From the NCBI GenBank assembly GCA_903892045.1, contig CAITGX010000275.1, forward strand, positions 1 to 60,301: a stretch of DNA of 60,301 nt. The letters run 5' to 3'. Below, piece by piece: positions 55,324-60,301 of the stretch (positions are counted from its first letter, which is position 1; each line of letters starts with the position of its first letter). The translations under genes were made by a program, and so were the position numbers. Origin of the DNA: an uncultured Planctomycetota bacterium (lineage in GTDB: Bacteria; Planctomycetota; UBA1135; GCA-002686595). Below the pieces are notes generated by a model. It had not been told where the DNA came from. It did not search any database and was given only the letters and a program-made list of their open reading frames with translations.

Positions 55324-56658
55324 ATGTCGACGGTCGATCGACGGGTCGCTCCCATGTCCCTACGCCTCCTCGTTTCTGCCCTGCTCCTCTCCACCGCTCC
55401 GATGCTCTCGGCGCGCGGAGACACCACCCTGCCCGGCTTCACGCTGGCGAGCAGCGTGAATCCAGCTCCCTCCAGCGTTGCGTGCTCGCTGCCCGATGGT
55501 GGCTACGTCACGTTCGACGGCCAGCTCGTCCAGCGCTGGAACGGCGACGGCACGCTCGACACGACGCTCGCCTCGTTCGCGAGCTTCGTGTTCCCGAGCT
55601 TCATCCGCCTCACGCCCGACGAGGACGCCGTGGTGATCGGCGACAGCGGCGGCTTCTCGCCCAACCCTGCCGGCGACCTGCGCATCGTGTGGCTCGACGG
55701 CTCCGGCTCGGGCCTCGTCGCTGCGCTGGCCTACAACTTCGACGGCGAGTTCCTGCCCGATGGCTCGCTGCTCGTCTCCGCCGCGCCCAACGGCTTTGGG
55801 GTCGGCACGGACCTCTACCGCGTGAACATCTCCTCGGGAGCGCTGCAGTTCCTCGGGCACCTCGACGGTCCCTCCGGCCCGGTCGCGGTCGCGCGCAACG
55901 GCGACATCTTCTACGGCACCCAGCAGGACTCCTCGCTGCCCACCACGCCCCAGAGCATCCTGCGCTGGAGCGCCGGACTCGTCGCCTCGGGCACGCAGCT
56001 CTCGGCGAGCAACGCGGTCGTCTACGCGACCGGATTCGCGGGCACGAGCGCACTCGAGTTCGAGCCCGGACGCGAGCGCCTGTTCCTTTCGGAGAACAAC
56101 TTCACCACGGGCAGCTACCGCATTCTGCGCATCCGCGCGGGCGGCGGTTCGAGCCAGCAGCTGCTCGTGGCGGACAACTGGATCAGCACGCTGCGCTTCG
56201 AGCGCCAGGGAGATGGCACGTTCGACGCGTACCAGCCCGATGACGGCCTGAGCATCGCCTATACGACCACGGACTTCTTCTCCTTCGATGACCTCGTGCG
56301 CTTCTCGCCGGCGCGACCGGAGCTCGCGCTGTCGGGCACGGGACTCGTCGGCCCGGGTCCGGTCGTGTTCTCGCTCAGCGGCGGCGTGCCCAACGGCAGC
56401 GCGTTGCTGACCTATTGCCCACAGTCGGCGATGCTGCCTCAGGAGGCGAGCTACGCGCTGCCCGTGTTCCTGCTGCGCACGCCGTTCGCACTGCCGGCCA
56501 CCGTGCGCATGCCGTTCCTCGTTCCGACCGACGCCACGGGCGCCGCAAGCCTCACGCTGTGGAACCCGGGCGACCTGCAGGGCGAGTTCGGCTGGCAGTT
56601 CCTCGTCGGGCGGCCCAACGGCGCGCTCATCGGCGCGAGCGACGCCGAGCAGTTCTAG
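55324..56658 (+). CDS. Secreted protein of unknown function (beta-propeller-like repeats plus C-terminal Ig-like region), riboswitch-controlled
   Basis: 3' part of ORF 55045..56658. The upstream part of that ORF is the riboswitch. ATG at 55324 (or 55354) precedes the signal peptide MSLRLLVSALLLSTAPMLSARG. Gly/Asp/Ser-rich beta-type sequence with recurring DG/NGD turns. Confidence 0.65.
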   Translation: MSTVDRRVAPMSLRLLVSALLLSTAPMLSARGDTTLPGFTLASSVNPAPSSVACSLPDGGYVTFDGQLVQRWNGDGTLDTTLASFASFVFPSFIRLTPDEDAVVIGDSGGFSPNPAGDLRIVWLDGSGSGLVAALAYNFDGEFLPDGSLLVSAAPNGFGVGTDLYRVNISSGALQFLGHLDGPSGPVAVARNGDIFYGTQQDSSLPTTPQSILRWSAGLVASGTQLSASNAVVYATGFAGTSALEFEPGRERLFLSENNFTTGSYRILRIRAGGGSSQQLLVADNWISTLRFERQGDGTFDAYQPDDGLSIAYTTTDFFSFDDLVRFSPARPELALSGTGLVGPGPVVFSLSGGVPNGSALLTYCPQSAMLPQEASYALPVFLLRTPFALPATVRMPFLVPTDATGAASLTLWNPGDLQGEFGWQFLVGRPNGALIGASDAEQF

Positions 56659-56678
56659 GACTCTCCTAAGTCCAGCCT

Positions 56679-56712
56679 GCGGGCCGTGCGACCGATGCGT
56701 CGCGCGGCCCGC
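56679..56712. terminator. GC-rich hairpin between convergent genes (possible bidirectional terminator)
   Basis: GCGGGCCG (56679-56686) pairs with CGGCCCGC (56705-56712). There is an inner GCGAC/GTCGC stem. No U-tract. Confidence 0.4.
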
Positions 56713-56718
56713 GCTCGT

Positions 56719-57009
56719 TCACTCGACCGAGCGCAGGGCGTGCATCCAGGGCAGCGCCGCACGCAAGCGCGGCTCGAGCCCCTGCGACAGCGTGCTCGCC
56801 TGCTGCGAGCAGCTCGCGCACGCGCCCCGCATGCGAACGTGCACGGTGCCGTCGTCGTCGACGCGCAAGAGCTCGATCCGCCCGCCATCGAGCTCGACCA
56901 GCGGCGCGAGCTCGGCGAGCACCGCCTGCACGGCAGAGACGCGCGTGGGATCGCCTTCGACGGAGTGCTCCGTCCCGAGCGCGCGCGCCAACCACTCGCG
57001 CACTCCCAT
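56719..57009 (-). CDS. NifU-like (Nfu C-terminal domain) Fe-S cluster protein
   Basis: 3' part of ORF 56719..57246 from ATG at 57009. LVELDGGRIELLRVDDDGTVHVRMRGACASC with the CxxC motif typical of the NifU C-terminal domain. Confidence 0.75.
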   Translation of the reverse strand: MGVREWLARALGTEHSVEGDPTRVSAVQAVLAELAPLVELDGGRIELLRVDDDGTVHVRMRGACASCSQQASTLSQGLEPRLRAALPWMHALRSVE

Positions 57010-57623
57010 CAACGTCGCTCCGCCAGCCACTCGAGCGGCAGCTCGAGTCGCCATCCGGCGCCGTCGCCGAAGAGCTCCGCGCCGCGCGTCGCGCACTCGC
57101 ACGCCAAGAACTCCGCTTGCGCGCGCGTGAGGTCGGCGCGCGAGAGCCGGACGGACCAGCGCTCGCCCTCGCGCGCGAGCGAGAGCGAGAAGGCCCCGTC
57201 GAGCGTCTCGCAGGACTCCCAGACGAGCGCCGCCAGATCGAGGCACAGCGCCGCGGTGCGCGGGCCGCCCTCGGCCAGCGTCATCGTCGGGACGCTCTCG
57301 GGCAGGGCGAGCTGCTTGCGCTGGCGCCGCAGGGCCTCCGCGAGCAGCTTCAGGGTCGCAGCGAGTCCGTCGCGCTCCTCGCGGGCGAGCAGCAAGTCCG
57401 TGCCCAACGAGCGCGCGAGCAATCCGAGGAGCCAGCCCTGCTCCTCCGCGTCCCGCGATGCATGCGCGAGGCTCGACCCAGCCGTCGCCAGCAGACCGTC
57501 ATCAGGCTCGGCGAGCACCGAGCGCAGCACCACGAGCAGCTGCGTCGTGTTGTTGATGCGATGCACCAGCGCCGGGATCAGCGCCTCCGCGAGCCGCGGG
57601 TTGCGCGAGCGGGGCGGGGTCAC
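57009..57623 (-). CDS. Hypothetical protein with a histidine-kinase H-box-like segment
   Basis: 3' part of ORF 57009..58361 from GTG at 57623. Its stop shares one nt with the NifU-like start (TGATG). LIPALVHRINNTTQLLVVL resembles the DHp H-box (AHDFNNLL type). No N/G1/G2 ATP-binding boxes seen. Confidence 0.5.
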   Translation of the reverse strand: MTPPRSRNPRLAEALIPALVHRINNTTQLLVVLRSVLAEPDDGLLATAGSSLAHASRDAEEQGWLLGLLARSLGTDLLLAREERDGLAATLKLLAEALRRQRKQLALPESVPTMTLAEGGPRTAALCLDLAALVWESCETLDGAFSLSLAREGERWSVRLSRADLTRAQAEFLACECATRGAELFGDGAGWRLELPLEWLAERR

Positions 57624-57652
57624 GCGCGCCTCGCGCCCGAGGGGAAGGGGGG

Positions 57653-57736
57653 TGCCGAGAAAGGGAATCGAACCCTTACTCCCGTGAGGGAAACGGATTT
57701 TGAATCCGTCGCGTCTGCCAGTTCCGCCATCCCGGC
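57653..57736 (-). tRNA. tRNA-Leu (anticodon CAA)
   Basis: The reverse complement folds as a cloverleaf. Acceptor GCCGGGA/TCTCGGC (with one G-U pair). D-arm GCG..CGC. Anticodon stem ACGGA/TCCGT with loop TTCAAAA. Long variable arm (CCC-TCAC-GGG). T-arm AAGGG-TTCGATT-CCCTT. Discriminator A. CCA is not fully encoded. Confidence 0.92.
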
Positions 57737-57789
57737 CCGAGCTCCTTCGAGCCACCAAGGATGACGCCCAAGTTGCGGTTCGTCCACAG

Positions 57790-58554
57790 TCAGCTCCCGC
57801 GAGCGCGCGGCGTGCGAGCGAGCGCCGGGTCGAGTCCACGCGCGATGCCGTGCGCCTTCGCGGCGTAGCGCAGGGCCGCCAGCATCCCCGGACCGAACGC
57901 CTCGGGCCCGTGCATGTCGTGGGAAACGCGCAGCACCTCGCCGCGCGCACCGAACAGCACGTCCTGGTGGGCGTAGATGCCGGGTAGGCGGATCGAGTGC
58001 ACGGGGATGCCGTGCCGGACCTCGCCACGCGCAGGAAACTGCGGCGTGGCCGGGGCGAACGACTCGAGCCCGCCCTGCGCGCGCTCTTCCGCCATGCGAC
58101 GTGCCGTCTCGTCGGCCGTGCCCGAGGGAGCGTCGGCCTTGCGCTCGTGGTGCGACTCGACGATCTCCGCGCCTTCGAACCACAGCGCGGCCTCTGCGGC
58201 GAAGCGCTGCAGCAGCCACGAGCCGAGACTGAAGTTCGGCACGACGAGTCCACCCAGGCCCAGCTCGCGCGCGCGCCGATCGAGGGCCTCGGTGTCGGCG
58301 ACTCCCACGCCCGAAGTCGCGACCACCACTCGCAGCCCGCTCTCGAGCAGCACTCGCGCATGCTGGGCGCCCTGACCAGCCCGCGTGGCTTCGAGCGCCA
58401 CCACGGCGCCGCAGTCGCGGGCGAGCGAACGCCAGTCGCTGTCGCGATCCCACGCGGCCACGAGCTCGAAGCCTTCCGTCCGTCGCAGCAGATCGCACGC
58501 GAAGGAACCGAGCCGCCCGCGGGCCCCGAGGACCGCGACGCGCAGCGCCGTCAC
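57790..58554 (-). CDS. dapB: 4-hydroxy-tetrahydrodipicolinate reductase
   Basis: 3' part of ORF 57790..58959. The GTG at 58554 overlaps the ddl stop (GTGA). N-terminal VAVLGARGRLG and the DapB signature ESHHERKADAPSGTA. Confidence 0.9.
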   Translation of the reverse strand: MTALRVAVLGARGRLGSFACDLLRRTEGFELVAAWDRDSDWRSLARDCGAVVALEATRAGQGAQHARVLLESGLRVVVATSGVGVADTEALDRRARELGLGGLVVPNFSLGSWLLQRFAAEAALWFEGAEIVESHHERKADAPSGTADETARRMAEERAQGGLESFAPATPQFPARGEVRHGIPVHSIRLPGIYAHQDVLFGARGEVLRVSHDMHGPEAFGPGMLAALRYAAKAHGIARGLDPALARTPRARGS

Positions 58555-59618
58555 GCTCCCACCGCCGCGCGGCGCAACGCCGACTCGAGGATGCGCACGC
58601 ACAGCGCGGTGTAGTCGATCCCCTCGTAGGCCGCCTCCTGCGGCAACAGCGAGCGCTCGGTGAAGCCCGGTAGTGTGTTGACCTCGAGCATCACGGGTTC
58701 CTGTTCCTCGGTGCCTTCGCGCGGCACGATGAAGTCGATGCGCGCGTAGCCTTCGCAGCCTGCCCGCGCGAACACGCGTGCTGCAGACGAGCGAATGCGC
58801 GCGATGCTGTGCTCCCCCACCGACTGCGGCGGGCACAGCTCGTGAGCGCCGTCCGCCGAGTACTTCTCGGCATAGTCGAACCACTCGCCCTTCGCGGGGC
58901 GAATCTCGATCGGCATGAGCGCGTGCGGCAGCGCACCACGGTCGCCGAGCACGCCGCACGACGTCTCGACGCCGGGCACGCGCGCCTCGACGAGCACGTC
59001 ATCTCCCGTGGCGAGCACGGCTTCGACTCCGGCCTCGAGCGCAGCGCGCTCGCGCGTGACGGTCGTCGCGACCGACGAGCCGCCGAAGCGCGGCTTGATC
59101 ACCCAGCCGTCCTTCCCGAGCGCTTCCATGCGCGCGAGTGTGCCGCCGCGATCCGCACGCCACTCGGCGGAACCGAAGCACAGGCCCAGAGCGACGCGCA
59201 CCCCGACCGACTCGGCGACGCCGCGCGTCGCGAGCTTGTCCATGCACAGCGCCGAGGCGCGCACGCCGGAACCCGTGTGCACGCGGCCGCAGGACGCAAG
59301 CAGGCCCTGCACCGTGCCATCCTCGCCCTCGCCTCCGTGGAGCCCGAGAAAGAACACGTCCACGCGCGAGAGGCGCGCGAGCGCGACCTCCGCCGTCAGC
59401 GCCTCGCCGTCCACACGCCAGCGGCCACTCGAGTCGATCTCGACCTCGAGCACCTCGCGCGGAAGCGCGCGTCCGCTCACGAGCTCGCCGCGCAGCGCGC
59501 GCGCGATGCCCTTGCCGCTGCGCAAGGAAACCTCGCGCTCGCTCGAGCGTCCGCCGGACAGCACGGCGACGCACAGGGACTCGACTCGTTGTTGCTTCGC
59601 GGCTGCGAGTGCGCTCAT
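58551..59618 (-). CDS. ddl: D-alanine--D-alanine ligase
   Basis: ATP-grasp Ddl pattern: VLSGGRSSEREVSLRSG, LHGGEGEDGTVQGLL, CMDK, GYARIDF, LEVNTLPGFT. Confidence 0.9.
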   Translation of the reverse strand: MSALAAAKQQRVESLCVAVLSGGRSSEREVSLRSGKGIARALRGELVSGRALPREVLEVEIDSSGRWRVDGEALTAEVALARLSRVDVFFLGLHGGEGEDGTVQGLLASCGRVHTGSGVRASALCMDKLATRGVAESVGVRVALGLCFGSAEWRADRGGTLARMEALGKDGWVIKPRFGGSSVATTVTRERAALEAGVEAVLATGDDVLVEARVPGVETSCGVLGDRGALPHALMPIEIRPAKGEWFDYAEKYSADGAHELCPPQSVGEHSIARIRSSAARVFARAGCEGYARIDFIVPREGTEEQEPVMLEVNTLPGFTERSLLPQEAAYEGIDYTALCVRILESALRRAAVGA

Positions 59619-60301
59619 CGGTAGAGATGTCCGCGCCCGCGAACTTCCGGCCGATGGCGGCCACGGGCGACGAACGTCTCCAGATCTTCCGCGAGCAGCG
59701 GGTCGACTTCCACAGGATGCAGCCCGCTCTCGTCAGGTTCCGGCAGCGGCAGGCCGGCCGAGCGCACCCACTCGGCGTGCAGGCGGCACAGGTCCGCCCG
59801 CGTCGTCGCCGGGCTGTCTTCCCCGGCGTTGTTCTTCACTGGGCTGAACTCCCGCTGGCGGGCGACTTCGAGGGTCACGCTGCGCTCGCAGCGCTCGAGC
59901 GCGTCGAACACGAACGTCTCGAACTTGACGCCCTGCTTCTTGACGACCTGCCCCGCCTCCCAGACCTCCATGGACTTCTTCGCGAGGTGCCAGGGGAGCT
60001 GGAGGCCCCCGCGGTTGAGCTCCGCGATGAACTCGACGTCGAGCACGTGCAGGGCGATGTTGCCGGCGCCGAAGCGCAGCTTGCCCTGCTCGTCGCGGGC
60101 CTCGCGCAGGTCGGCCGGCAGGTCCGTGTACTCGATGCAGGAGAGCTTGCCGTCGACGCGGCCGATCACGCCGACCTTCTCGGCGGCATCGCGCTTCTCG
60201 ACCACCTTGCTCGACATCGAGGCGCCTTCGAGCGCGTGCAGGCCGAGGAACAGCGGATCCGCCGGGGGCGCAAGCGGATTGTCGACCTGGAAGTACGACA
60301 G
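59615..60301 (-). CDS. UDP-N-acetylglucosamine / UDP-sugar pyrophosphorylase (UAP1-like), 3' portion; gene continues beyond the window end
   Basis: The track ORF 59615..60217 starts at an internal Met. The frame stays open to position 60301 and reads LSYFQVDNPLAPPADPLFLG upstream (the VDN motif of eukaryotic-type UDP-sugar pyrophosphorylases). Its stop overlaps the ddl start (ATGA). Confidence 0.7.
   Translation of the reverse strand: MSYFQVDNPLAPPADPLFLGLHALEGASMSSKVVEKRDAAEKVGVIGRVDGKLSCIEYTDLPADLREARDEQGKLRFGAGNIALHVLDVEFIAELNRGGLQLPWHLAKKSMEVWEAGQVVKKQGVKFETFVFDALERCERSVTLEVARQREFSPVKNNAGEDSPATTRADLCRLHAEWVRSAGLPLPEPDESGLHPVEVDPLLAEDLETFVARGRHRPEVRGRGHLYR

Noticed and set aside
59615-60217. 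Met at 60217 as the start of the last gene.
   Set aside because: The frame remains open to the window edge. The upstream residues (YFQVDNPL) belong to the conserved core of UDP-sugar pyrophosphorylases, so the gene is truncated by the window, not 200 aa long.

Overview
About 60.3 kb of a very GC-rich (roughly 70% by eye) bacterial chromosome. It is densely packed on both strands with mostly housekeeping genes: about 50 CDS, one tRNA-Leu(CAA) and one cobalamin riboswitch. I saw no rRNA, CRISPR array, transposase, integrase or phage genes. Many of the very long ORFs in the six-frame track are high-GC artefacts or in-frame upstream run-ons. The real genes are usually the 3' portions, recognisable by motifs and strong G/C bias at third codon positions. 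Neighbouring genes very often share 1- or 4-nt start/stop overlaps (ATGA, GTGA, TGATG), so long translationally coupled operons are likely. Recognised genes: cmk-plsC-rpsA, tyrS, glyA, purC-mtnA, aroA, galE, dacB, suhB, thiE-thiL-tsaE, an ECF sigma/anti-sigma pair with a TolC-like gene, cca, dxr-rseP-ubiA-family, purM (fused to a Nudix domain), sdhCAB, dapB-ddl and others. The taxon cannot be fixed from this window; DUF1573 and HEAT-repeat secreted proteins and weak or absent Shine-Dalgarno sequences suggest a Planctomycetota- or Myxococcota-like organism. The most interesting locus is 16386-26061. It holds a covalently duplicated UvrA (two complete UvrA units, four ABC ATPase modules, 1934 aa). 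This is translationally coupled to an XPB/ERCC3-type helicase and then to a 700-aa protein whose C-terminus is a visible paralogue of the XPB N-terminal domain, the arrangement seen in TFIIH p52/Tfb2. This looks like a hybrid bacterial/eukaryal-type DNA damage module. Second: a well-supported cobalamin riboswitch (about 54965-55195) controls only an orphan secreted, probably beta-propeller, protein. Other points: an in-frame Nudix-PurM fusion, an about 860-bp apparently non-coding spacer with a G12 tract, and compound tandem repeats in the rpsA leader.
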